Assembly (NCBI GenBank): GCA_051362555.1
Contig: CM120644.1
Span: forward strand, 9,370,954 to 9,434,953
Direction: 5' to 3'
DNA length: 64,000 nt
Origin: Lingula anatina
Lineage: Eukaryota > Animalia > Brachiopoda
Part shown: positions 26,161-38,988 of the stretch, in pieces
Layout of the letters: each line of letters begins with the position of its first letter
Numbering within the stretch: the first letter of the stretch is position 1
The notes under the pieces: generated by a model
The model's input: only the letters and a program-made list of their open reading frames with translations
Database searches by the model: none
Told to the model about the DNA's origin: nothing
Translations under genes and position numbers: made by a program

Positions 26161-27166
26161 AGACATCTGACAATGGGGCATGAAGTGCCAGGTGTGAACA
26201 ACATTATCAACTTATCACTTCATTATCACATCAGGTGATAACAGCCCTATGAGTGCTGTATTGTTGATAACATGAAGACAGTCATAGTCATTATGACCAT
26301 TGACATTGTAAGTCTAATAAGAGGAGTATTAGCAGCCATAGATGTAGGAAGCCATTACCATCATGTTATATGAAGCAGGGAGGGGAAATGGTACCATGGA
26401 ATGATCACCTATTCTATTATGAGAGTGTAACATTTCTATATCTTTGCTGTGTAATTAAATAAAGAACTGGGAGATAAGCCATGACTCCCGATCTTCACTC
26501 TCTGTTTTGATGTGAAATGTAGCAGAAAGATAAAATATATATTAGAATAATTTCACTAATACATTAGTGAGAATGAGGTATAGAAATGCAGTCCTTGCAT
26601 TACCATAATGAAAATATGAGCTTTTGATATAGACTCTTAAGAGTTTTTTTTTCTATAAAAGCTGACTTCTTAATCAGTGATAATTATTCTAGACAGTATA
26701 GTGATAATGTGTCATCAGTTCCTGTGTATATATAAAACCACTTCAGACATAAGCATTTCAAAAGTGGGCTTTTAGCACTGGAGGGCGAGGGATATTTATA
26801 TACACAGCTTACTTTGTGCCAAATAAAAAGTGCCTAAAACAAGCTTGTATATTAAACTACTACAGTCCTGAGTATTTCAGAAGTAGGCACTTCAGCAGCA
26901 GAGGGTGGAGAATATCAGTTATACAGAGATCACTTTGTGCTGAATACAAAGCACCACACATCTAGAGAACACTCAAGTTCCCAAGAGGAAGAGATAGCCA
27001 TTTATTCCAGGAGTAGCAGTGGCTTTCAAGAATTTGTGACACGTATGCTGACAGCTATCATCTATCGCAAGGTCTATTGCATCCAATATTCTGTGAATTG
27101 TGTGTAGTGTTCAAATTACTATTGACCTGTTGGTTCCAGGTCGTAGATTTTCTTGCTAGGTCAGTG

Positions 27167-27169
<3 letters not shown>

Positions 27170-27225
<56 letters not shown>
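27170..27225. repeat. (TC)n microsatellite
   Basis: Perfect TC run. Confidence 0.95.
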
Positions 27226-27228
<3 letters not shown>

Positions 27229-27673
27229 GGTTCATTGTTTTTGTTGAAAATAAAAAGTGTATCTAAAACTTCAGAAAGTTGAAGCATCAAAGATTAGCCT
27301 GTATGCTTAAGCCTGAAACTGAAATGCTGTTTGTATTATAAACTTTTTGTCTCAAAAGCATTTGTCCATTTGTTGATGATGTTAGAAATGGAAAGCAATA
27401 AAAACACAATTCCATTTTGTGCATTGTGAACAGGCTCTAAAAACCTCCCACTAAAAAAAAACAGATGAAGTGCTTTATTGATGTTTTCACTCCAGCAATG
27501 CAAAAAGAGGTGTCAAATAAACTCAGCTGACCTTTCTATAATGGTATTAGATAGACATCCCCGTGGGACGTCAGCCCAGTCCCCTGTAGACATCAGAGGA
27601 TGGTCTTGATAGCCTGAGAACATGTTTGTATTATTGAAAATGGTTGAAAATGCAATAATGGTGTGTGTGCTGT

Positions 27674-30099
27674 AATTGTACCACCAGCGTAGGCGCTGGC
27701 GGAACTCATGGTTTTAGTCCCGACCCGTATGTTCCGCCGGCTCCTGCGGCTCCGCCGCCAAGTCACCGTTACCGCTTCTCCTCCTAGACGGTAAGGGCCT
27801 CCATACCCATCTCTTGGATTTAGGTCACCTATAATCTCAACTCGTTCCACGTAAAATTTGGGCTTTGTCGGTATTGGGGTCTAGGTGTGGCACTCATTAC
27901 AATGCACCCTTGTCCAAAAATGGCAAAATTAAATGCTAATTATCTCCCCTACGGAAGGAATTATGGGAAAAATTTCTACAGACAGTTTTCCAAAAGTCAT
28001 ATGTGTAGATTTCAAATATGCCCTTGGATTTGACCTTGGACCTTTATTTCAAGGTCAAACGGGCCAAAATTTTCAAAAAAACAAAATTTTTGCCGAAAAA
28101 AAATTTTTTTGCGCTCTTATTCAGACACCACACAGACTTAACTAATAATATTAATGGAAAGTGTTACCCTTCGGGTCATCTTTCATCTCCGTGAATTAGG
28201 GGTCAATTGGTGCATTTTCACGGGAGTAGCGGCCATAAGATATCAAAACTGAAAATTGTCTCTAATTCGGGAACCGTTAAAGCTAGACACCCATTCTTTT
28301 TTGCATTTTGTAGAGCATGTAAAGCCCAACACTGAGGGTGGTCTCCGTTTTTTTGTATTCCATATGGTTTTCGAGTTACGCTTTATCGAAAAGTCATATA
28401 CTGGTGGTGAAAGCAAAATGTGCCGGCTTGGCAAAGCAGACAACTTGTGGTCAAAAATGACATTATTTCATCAAATTTGGACGTCTGGAACTTCAAAGCA
28501 CCTCCCATTTCAAGAATTTTGACCAAAATGACCTTTTCTTTATCTTAATTAATTTTTTTCTGTAGGAAATTTATGGCACACTATGGTAACTCCAAAATTA
28601 TACCATTTAGTCCCTTATATCTCCAAAACTAGCAGAGATAGGTCCATAGTTACTATTGAAGTTGAAAAGGAAGTCATATACTGGCAATCTAAATGTGACC
28701 TTAAAATTGACCTTTGACCTACTTTTCACCATGAACTGAACTTTGTAAATTTTGCGTCCCTTTTATCTCCAAAACTGGCAGAGATAGGTCCATAGTTACT
28801 ATTGAACTTGAATAGGAAGTCATATACTGGCAATCTGAATGTGACCTTAAAATTGACCTTTGACCTACTTTTCACCATGAACTGAACTTTGCAAATTTTG
28901 TTTCCCTTTTATCTCCAAAACTGGCAGAGATAGGTCCATAGCTACTATTGAACTTGAATAGGAAGTCATATACTGGCAATCTACATGTGACCTTAAAATT
29001 GACCTTTGACCTACTTTTCACCATGAACTGAACTTTGTAAATTTTGCGTCCCTTTTATCTCCAAAACTGGCAGAGATAGGTCCATAGTTACTATTGAAGT
29101 TGAATGGGAAGTCATATACTGGCAATCTAAATGTGACCTTGAAATTGACCTTTGACCTACTTTTCACCATGAACTAACCTTTGCAAATTTTGTTTCCCTT
29201 TTATCTCCAAAACTGGCAGAGATAGGTCATTAGTTACTATTGAACTTGAATGGGAAGTCATATACTGGCAATCTAAATGTGACCTTGAAATTGACCTTTG
29301 ACCTACTTTTCACCATGAACTAACCTTTGCAAATTTTGCTGCCCTTTTATCTCCAAAACTGGCAGAGATAGGACCATAGTTACTATTGAACTTGAATAGG
29401 AAGTCATATACTGGCAATCCAAATGTGACCTTGAAATTGACCTTTGACCTACTTTTCACCATGAACTGAACTTTGCAAATTTTGCTGCCCTTTTATCTCC
29501 AAATCTGGCAGAGATAGGTCCATAGTTACTATTGAACGTAGATAGGAAGTCATACACTGGCAATCTAAATGTGACCTTGAAATTGACCTTTGACCTACTT
29601 TTCACCATGAACTGATCTTTGCAAATTTTGCTTCCCTTTTATCTCCAAAACTGGCAGAGATAGGTCCAAAGTTACTATTGAAGTTGAATAGGAAGTCATA
29701 TACTAGCAATCTAAATGTGACCTTAAAATTGACCTTTGACCTACTTTTCACCATGAACTGAACTCTGCTAATTTCTTTCTCTTTTAACTCCTAACCTGGC
29801 AGAGATAGGTCCATTGTTACTATTGAACTTGAATAGGAAGTCATATACTGGCAATCTAACTGTGAAATTGACCTTTGACCTACCTTTTGATGAACTTAAC
29901 TTTGATTGTACCATTTTAAGTTATATATTTTTTTTTTGCATATTTTGAAAATTCTTGTTGATTGCATTTTTACAGCTTGTCAAGCAAAAGACTGGTGGCT
30001 GTGTCCCTTATTTTGTGTATGTGGGGGTCTATACAAATGCGCTTGCTCCAGCTGGTGGTACAATATTCGGAGGCGGTATCGCCTCTCTGATCCTCTAGT
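27674..30099 (+). mobile_element. Helentron/HINE-like non-autonomous element, about 2.4 kb
   Basis: ATTGTACCACCAGC (27675-27688) is inverted exactly at GCTGGTGGTACAAT (30051-30064). There is a 5' hairpin CCAGCG-TAGG-CGCTGG, a 3' hairpin GAGGCG-GTAT-CGCCTC followed by CTAGTT, and an internal tandem array. Confidence 0.85.
28611..29905 (+). repeat. Tandem array of about 9 x 146-bp units
   Basis: The CTCCAAAA anchor occurs at 28621, 28767, 28913, 29059, 29205, 29351, 29497 (CTCCAAAT) and 29643, with a diverged unit at 29788. Confidence 0.97.
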
Positions 30100-30618
30100 T
30101 ATATGTGGATGGAAAGTGTGTGTTGCACGCTCAAATGTTACATCCATCTTTCTTCTGCTAAGGTGACCCTGGAGACTACTGCCCTCTATAGGGCACATTT
30201 CCACTCAAGTTGTGATGGTACAACTGGTACAACCTAGTATGTATGTCTTTGTGTGTATGTGTGTGTGTGTGTGTGTATGTATGTATGCGTGTGTGTGATT
30301 TCTCAATCTAATTCCTCTTTTTTTATTTACCAATATCATTGATATGGTCAACTCCAAATTTAGGTTACATCAGGACGGTTAGATTCCTATCATTAGAAAT
30401 AATATGATAACTTGGTGTGAGATGTCTTGTGATAGCACTGGCCAAGTTAAACTGTCTCAACTAAAAAAAAAAAAATTGTTCAGAACTGATCCTTGTATGT
30501 CTTCAGTCACAAATATTAATTTTACAGAATGTAGCCAACTTATTTTTCAGTGTCTATTAAAAAAGCAAAGTTTGTCCTGGTTTAAATATATAATTAATGT
30601 TTAATAATTATTTTTCAG

Positions 30619-30773
30619 GTTTTATCACTGAGATCCTGATTGGAATGTTGACCTTCACCTGAAATGACCTTCACCTGAGGTGACCCAGATTTTGGCAGGA
30701 AACTGGAAATCCTCAGATTACAGCTGGAGGCGGCTACCCTACGCCTGATGCTTAGGGAAATTCCACTTTACCT
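30619..30773 (+). other. Putative internal 5' UTR exon
   Basis: Acceptor tatttttcag and donor CT|GTGAGT; GC-richer than the flanks; contains TGACCTTCACCTGA twice. Confidence 0.45.
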
Positions 30774-33196
30774 GTGAGTTACTCAATGACATTTTATTTT
30801 CTGAAAAAAATTTAGTCACTTAAGTAAACATTGGCTGCTTGATGGAGGAGTCGTGCAGATTTTAAGGTGACATTTAAATTTATCCTGGGTGGGATTTAAT
30901 GTAAGGTTTGGTTTGTAATGGAAGTGTTATGTTCAGTAAAGAAAATAGATGAACACAATGAGTATAATAATGAAACAGACTGTTTTCTTTCTTGACAACC
31001 ATATTCTCAAAGTGAATTCATATGAAATTGTTCCCCATGGCTCTCTGAGCACACAGGTGTGATAACTTGCAGAGAACCAGAAACATGGTTTCCCATTTGG
31101 TGTATACTAGTAGTTCTAAGGCAAATGTGTCAAGTGAACTAATCGTTTAGAATTTGAGAATATTTACTTATGGTCATGGTCATAGCACAAAAAAAGGAAG
31201 AACAGTAACTTGTGTGTAAAGATGTAAATATATTTTTTATATAATTGACAACTGTTTAAAACTTTTCAGCAGATAAAAATTCTTCATTTTAAGGTATTTT
31301 TAGTGTGTGTGTATGTGTGTGTGTGTGTGTGTATTTGTAAATCATCTTTTGTGTGTATGCATGGTTGTATGTTTTGTATTTGTTCTGAATATACTAGGCC
31401 AACATAGGGCTTGTGTTTTTAAATTTTCATTTATGATCCAACTACCAAGCAAATGAACATTTTTGCTCATTTGTTCTGAATAATGAATTGTTAAAAAAAA
31501 GGAACTGGCAATCATTAACTGATGTGTGGGAAGGGAAGGCTTCGTTGACTGCTAGCCATTGTAATGAGGTGATTCTTCTTCTTTACGTTTAAGCTTTTTT
31601 ATTATGATTCATGATAAGCTTTGATTGCTATCATTTAAGTGTTGGACCAGCACTTGATGGCAATGATATTGGGTAAACCACTTGGGGAAACAGGCAATCT
31701 TTTACCTCTCATGTCTCTGGTATTTCTAATATCAGTATTGATCAGGCTGTCATATGTGGAATATTGAGGAGTTCAGGAGCTTTCTCTTAGGGCTGAACTA
31801 GCTTGTGTGTGTGTGTGTGTGCATGCGTGCGTGCATATGCACACGTGTGTGTGTGTGTTTGTGAGTGTGGGTGCATGTGTTGGGTGTATAGAGAGAGACG
31901 GAATAGGGACAGATTTCATTGTCCTCACGTTTGCATTTTCATCTACACGTGAGATAAGTTTATATAGTACAGTGATACATGATAAACATTTATGAATGAA
32001 GAAAGATGTTTTGGAGAAAAAAATTTGAACAAAGTTGATCTACGATATTTCCAAATGTGAGGGTGATCTAAAACATATAATTTTTGAAAAATTGATGTAT
32101 TTAATAGTTTTTTTTTATATATATTACCTTTAATTATTTTTTTTCTGTATTCATTTATTTGTTTGTTTGTTTGTTTATTCAAACTATGAATTTTTTAAAA
32201 AAGTAAATTTTAAAAAAGTTGGTGTGTGAATAAGCACTACTTACCTAAAAAAAAATTGTTGTCGTCACTGAAGTACAAACTTAAAGCAGTAACATCCATA
32301 TCACAGGATGTAATTGAACAGTTAATTGATGTGTGGTTGAGTCTTGTGGTCAAATATTCGCAAGTAAAATAAACCATAAACACAAACCACTAGCTTCCAC
32401 ATCTGCCCACTGTGTGGCACCACTGACCACAGTTTTCAAAGTAAAATATATTAATTTATTTTTAATGAATTCTAACTCTTATTAGTCACAAAGGAAGGCT
32501 GTGACTTGCAAAAAAAATAAGGAAAAATATAAATAGGTACATTGAAACGAGACCTTTTTAACCACAGTGGTCCCACGTTATACCCTCATTTTTCTTCTGA
32601 AACACAAAGTTTGTAAAGAAAACAAAAATCCATTACTAGTAAGAAGAAATCATCTTGTCAGTAAGGACCATATTTTGCTTTGAATCCAACAACCACCTGT
32701 CATTAATACAACCTGGCTGCAGGTAAATGGTCATTTTGATACATTGATGAGGTTTTATGTGAAGTCCTCCAGGGCAGCAGCTGATTCATTCACGGTCTGT
32801 GTCCACCACCAACATTTATCAACTTGACAGAGAATTATCCAGGGTGAGAGAGAGATGCAGTATTAATGTCTGTCCAGACGTCCAGATACAGTTTCATTTT
32901 GTGATTACAGGTGACCATTGCTGTCCATGTTTGCCACGTGTCCAAACAAAGGGTCAGTGTTTTGCCTGTGGTCACTTCATTTTGCTGTCAGTTTTGTTTT
33001 TGAAGTCCAGTTTGACCATATAATTTGCTTGACTTGAGCCAGAAGCAATTTATTTTATCCAGTGTGACAAGTCACTGTGACTTTATTTTTGGTGTCACTG
33101 GAATCAGTTGATATGTTTAATCCTTTTGTGCCAGAGATGAGTATCACAACATTGAACAAATAGATAATAGGATAATAGGGTGTTTTCTCCCTTACC

Positions 33197-33199
<3 letters not shown>

Positions 33200-33240
<41 letters not shown>
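33200..33240. repeat. (CT)n microsatellite
   Basis: Perfect CT run. Confidence 0.95.
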
Positions 33241-33245
<5 letters not shown>

Positions 33246-35290
33246 CATGTGAAAACTTATTTGTTGGTGTCGTGATCTAAGAAGTGTTTTTAGCAGTTAA
33301 GTGCTCTTGGATGGTATCCAGTCATATCTCTAGTACACACCTGTGACCTTCACAGACTCCACTCCACTAGTAAGTATGTTTATAACATCAAGTCTTTTCA
33401 TATCTAAAAGAATGTCTACTCTTTTAGCTTTACAGCTGGATGAGGAGTTGGGGGGGGGGGGGATGGTAGAGGGAGTGTATTGTCTTGCTGAATTCTCATG
33501 TGAATCAATGGAATTATCCTTTTTTTTTTTTTTTTTTTTTTTTTGGGCAATAAGCAGAAAAAATGACTTAATCCAGCCGAACAGTTCACACAATATCCCA
33601 GATTAAAAAAAGATGTACATTTTTAGATGAGTAATTTCAGAAGTGAATTACAGTGCAACCTCACCTTGGCACTGTGATATGTGTGACCCCACCCACACAG
33701 CATGTTATTATATTAGAAATATGATCATATCTGTGACACGTCTCTGTGTTGTAGTCCAGGCTGTGGTGACACACACACACACACCTCGGGCTCTGCGTAT
33801 CAGTGTGACAACACAGTCAGCACAAATTACGCTGCAGTCTCATACTGTTATGTGTTAGAGACTTAGGGTATTAAGTGTAGCCTGATCGCAGTGGTTTCAC
33901 TTTAGTAAAAAATAATTTCAGTTTTCTTTAGATCTCATGAATTTCTGTAAAAAGTAAAAAAAAAGCTATAAATGTCACTCATTTTATCTTATTTTATTTA
34001 ATTTATTTATTTATTTTATTTTATTTTTATTATTTTTTTTTTTTGGGGGGGGATCTGATTAAGGCCTGTGTCATGGGGATTTAAAGAGTTGCTTGGGGAT
34101 CCAGAATCATACAGATGGAGGGTGTCTGTATGGTGGGGGGGGGGGGGGGGGGGGGGGAGGGGGTTAACTACCTTATTCCCAAAATTATCAATGAATCCTA
34201 GGACATCTCAAACAATTTTATAAAAAAATCATATTATCAAGCTTTCAAAAGGAGGGGATTTGTATCCGTACCCAGCACTCCTTCCCTCTTCCAACCACCT
34301 TAAAAGTTTAAATCTTCCCTAAAACAGGTGAGACATCAATACACCTAGGGAATTAATTCTGTATCATTTTCAAAACACACACAAAAAAAATGACTTTGAA
34401 GTTTCCAAGTTTATGACTCATAGTAAGCACTGTACTAATAGAACGTGGCACCAGGGGTGTGGTCAAAATTTATTTTTCAGAAACAAATCACAAAGAAGTT
34501 AAAAAGGGGAAAAAAAAGAGAAAAATGTAATTTATCAGCACTGAATTATTGCACCACAAAGAACTCATTTTCTTGAACATAATTGAAAAATTGAATTTAT
34601 GAAAAATTATACTTGAAACCAGTGATATCAGTAGAGGCACTGACAGTCACGGTGTAATGCAGTATGGTATATAGTAGACTGTCTGTGACTGGGTAGTGTA
34701 TTAATAAAAAGGGGCAGATTTTATCAGTCCGTCTTATCTCTGCGTCCAACAACGGGAGAAAAACACAACATTGATCTATTGAGGCTTGGCTGCAGCGAGC
34801 CGTGGTGGAGAGACACGCGGTCATTTCTTAAGGTGTTTCCACTTTATGTTTTTTTACTAATATTTTTTGAAATCTTGGTAATCCTGGACTTTGTGACACC
34901 TGGTATTGTTTCCGGATACACTGGATTGTATGGTAGAAGGTTAGTGAACTCAGAAGTATGACGTAGATTAAATAGCATTGTAGGATACATGCTTAACTGG
35001 TATACATGCCATCATTTCTTTATATTTATGTCGTCATTTATTATTATTATTATTTTTTTTTTTATGTGATAATGTGTTTGACCTAAAATTTTTAAGACTG
35101 TATATATAAGACAGACTAGAATTTGACTGAAAAAACTTGATCATTTATATATTTGTGGGAAATTAAGCTATGAAAGTTAAATAAATTCAAAGGAAATATC
35201 CTAATTAACTTTAAAAGACATTCATAACTTCTTCGTGGAATTGAGGGTCTGAGGGATTTAATAATTGTATAAAATCATGGTAACAATACT

Positions 35291-36576
35291 CAGTGTTCCC
35301 CCTGGCTTTCAAGCTCTGTGAGGTGGTAGGCAGTCCGCGATCCCAGCAATACTAGGGAGGTCCGGGGGCATGCCCCCCCGGAAAAATTTTTAAATCGAGG
35401 TGCAATTTGGTGCATTTTAGGGTATTTAGAACTGATTTTTTTTACATTTTATGTGGCACTGAATTGTCTTGTTTTAGATGTTTTGAGGAGTTAATTCAGT
35501 AATGACATAACAAAGGTTTGGACAAAATTTATTTTCCAGTCTGTGCATTCACTCAGTTTAGTCCTTTTCAGTTTATAGAACATACTCTTTCAAAAAAAAA
35601 AAAAGTTAATACTTTAAAAAAAAAAAAAAAAAGTTAACTACTTTAATACTTACAAGAAACGAGAAAAAGGGCTTACTACATTGAATTATTTTTAAATTGA
35701 CCAAAAAGTTGATAAAATATGTTGTTTTTACCGTTTTCACATTCTTGTGAAAGTAACCGGTGAATTGACTTTGCGCAAAAGTTCTCTCTCTTGTCGTTCA
35801 GCGCAAAGCGACTCCCTCTACTAGTTATACGTAGTTTGAGATGTAATTTATAATCAACAACTTCAAACACCGTTAAATGAATTCTTCGGAATTAAAGAGA
35901 TGAAAATCACACTTATCATCAATTTTAGTTCTTCCTTTATTCATTTATATGGTTCTATTCAGTCATCGAAATTCATATTCAATGCATAGGTTTCCACACG
36001 AAATACTGACGTGACCCAGTTTTACAACGCTACTGCTTTCACAAAACTCACCCGTAAATCAATAGAAAATCTTCTCCAAGTTTATAAAATCAACGAAGTC
36101 CACTTTATTTGCTCCTTTTTTTATCAGTGAATATTCGTAAACTATAAAAACAAACAACAGGCGGTCTGAATTTCGGAACATGAAGTGATAGAGAAAGCGT
36201 ATTCTTGACACGTGATTAAATGGTGTCAAGAACAGTTGCCTCGTTTCGCTCTGTTTCTTATACTTCAAATAAGGCACAGAACTGCAAAAACGAGGCACTC
36301 ACAGGGAGATAGTAACTGCTGGTTATTTTTAGGCATACGCGCATGCGTCTTTCCGTTACTACTAAATCAAGTGCTCAGAAGCATGGGATTATGTATGTTA
36401 ACAGAAAATGCCATATAAATATAAAAATAAATATAATTTTCAGTTAGCATGAGTGAAAATATACTTTGTTGTTCCATATAGTCCAGCGAGGCGGTGCTTT
36501 TGACAAATTTCAGCGAGGCGCTTGCAAATATCATCGAGGCGGGCGCCTCGCTCATTTAAGTGCAGGGGAAACACTG
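35291..36576. mobile_element. Non-autonomous hAT-like DNA transposon with a 5-bp TSD (hAT5-like), 1286 bp
   Basis: TIRs CAGTGTTCCCCCTG and CAGGGGAAACACTG with ATACT on both flanks; repeated subterminal CGAGGCG motifs; no transposase ORF. Confidence 0.85.
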
Positions 36577-37923
36577 ATACTTAATGGTGAAAATGATTTA
36601 TTTTGATTGAAAAAAAAACATGATGGCAAACCTTGGCCTAGAGAAGTGGGACAACAAAAATCGGACCATATTTTGGTATGTGGACAGGTGGCAATCATCA
36701 TTACCCGTCCAGTTTTAACAATGACCGCCCTGTCCAGTGTGTGGTCTGACCGCAGTGGTCAAGATATTAAAATATGGTTGTTTACTTCATGTGCTATGTA
36801 ATATGTATATCACGCCCATGTTTACTGGTCATCTTGTGAAGAAAAGACAAAGGGATTTGTCTAATTGGGTTGAATTTGTCAGTGGTAATGGTCATTTGGA
36901 GTGACCGATGGGTCAAGGTTGTTATTAACGGGTTGGTTATCGTAGTTAATTTTCATAAAGGTGTAAGCGTATCAAACCAATTAAAATATCTGCACTACGA
37001 TATGGAAAAAATATATGCTAGGATCCAGAGTTTAAATTAGGGCAAGAAAGAGAAAACAAATTTATCAAAAAAAGAAATAAAATGTAAAATGTTGGAATTA
37101 TTTAAGCACCAGGGACAGCATAGTGCAGCTTGCCACCCTGATAGAGGTGAATCAGAGTGTTGAAGACCCTCTCTGTTTGAGGATTGCAAAACAACTGCCA
37201 TGATTCAGTGGCAGTAAAAACACACCTCTGTCATTACACGGGATTACAACAGATTGTGGTGCCTGGAAAAATACTGAAAAAATTAATGTTTGTATTCTAT
37301 AGTAAGAGATTTATATTTATTATTGTGTTTACTAGTGTAGTCAAGATAAGGCAGTTGACATCAGCAATTCCCAGGCCTGTACCTGAAAAAATAAAATGAA
37401 AAAAAAAAAAAAGAAAAAAAAAACATGTTTGTAATCCATAGTAAGATATATATTGCATGTTCATTGTGAAGTTTATAGGCAAAAGATAAGATAGATGACA
37501 TCAATTTTCTATATTGTTCTTTGCAAGATGAAAGCTTAGAAACAAATTAACCTGTCATTTCATTGAAAGCCCATCAGTTAAAATACAAAATTGTGTCTAA
37601 TGATTCATTTTAAGGCACACTTCTAGCCAAATTGTGACAGCTTAAGTGAGGCATGTGAATACAGTTTCTAACCACAGGTAGTACGTCCAATTCCTCTGCC
37701 ATCCCGCTCATCTCCAGTGTAACTAATAGTAAGGTAATATAGGTCCCAATAGGTTGGCACCTTATGGTAAAATACCATAATCACACTGTCTGCTGAGATA
37801 ATATATGCTCTAAATTTAGCCATCTCAACCTAATGGGGCTATACGCGGAGCCGTTTGTCCTAAAGAGGGCGCTGGGGTAATAGTGGTTATTGAAGATAGC
37901 CTCGTTTTCGCGTCCGTGTAGAA

Positions 37924-38988
37924 ATGGCTTTAGAGTATGGGAAGCAAACAGTGGCGAAGTTAAAACTTCAACTAGTTGAAAAAGGAGCCTCCACAAGAGG
38001 GAAGAAACAGGATTTGATAGAAAGGTTAGTGTATTTACTTATAAATATGTCAGTTGTATCACTAACATTGAAGGTTTCGCGCTCGAATCTTCCCGTAAAA
38101 TATGGGTTTCTGTGTGAGCTACCTGTCAAAAGCCAGGTGTAAGCGGCGGCTAGTTCCGCTACTTATATGCCTAATTTATTACTATATTTCAAGAAAATAA
38201 TATTGTCATTGCATATTTCCATATCTCGAGAATATAATGAAGGTATTTATGTTTAAAATATGTTTATTGTAGGCACTCCTAGTCGATAAAGGACCGTTCG
38301 TTTCAGTAATCAAATTTCGTGTACCAGGTCCGACATTTAACACGACTTGTGTCAACGCAAATTTTTAAGGGAGAAACAAGGCCTGATGCGTATTTTATGT
38401 CAATGACAGTTGACATAACTAAGTGTAGATGAGGTAGACAATCTAAACAGTGTTTGCCAAGAATGTTAGCATCGTTTTGTTAGCATCATTGTTTTTTTCA
38501 CTCCCTCATAACCTTGCATTGATGTTGGTAGGTCACAGAGAAGGAAGTGGCATAACTTGAAAACAGAACTAGAGGCCAAAGTAAAAGTCTAGTGTGGCAT
38601 GAAGAAAGATCATGGAGAATAACAGCATCGAGGTAGGTGTGCAAACGAAAATAAGTTTGCTAGTTTTTTACTTGTCCAAATGTCTTGTATCAATGTCATG
38701 TCATACAATGTCATGTAGCTTGAGCTACTATGTACCTGTAGTTGCATTATAGTACAGAAATACACGTTGTGAGATGATATATCATGGTTTGAAGGTCACA
38801 ATTTAATGCTATGAATGTACAATTTCATTTTGCATTTGAAATACAAATTGAAAAGAACAGTAAAAAAACAAAATCTCATTAATTTAATTTTATTTTTTAG
38901 GTTTGGTGATATTTTGAACGCAACCGAAAGACGAGACAAGGGCAAATTATGCCAGTCACTCTTGTTTACCCATGAAATCAATACTCCA
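37924..38988 (+). pseudogene. SAP-domain / YqaJ (lambda-exonuclease-like) gene remnant of the ISL2EU element
   Basis: Exon 37924-38024 reads MALEYGKQTVAKLKLQLVEKGASTRGKKQDLIE (SAP motif). Exon 38532-38632 reads VTEKEVA*LENRTRGQSKSLVWHEERSWRITASR and splices in phase to 38901 FGDILNATERRDKGKLCQSLL (YqaJ TRGQ..W...R..RITAS.FG motif). It has a premature stop, missing middle exons and a 3' truncation. Confidence 0.85.

Noticed and set aside
27593-28522. Several 66-88 aa ORFs in the GC-richer HINE head
   Set aside because: No Rep/helicase or other recognisable motifs; consistent with chance ORFs in a non-autonomous element.
36620-36945. Possible decayed Tc1/mariner-type MITE
   Set aside because: Repeated short motifs are suggestive, but no convincing TIR pair or TA duplication was found.
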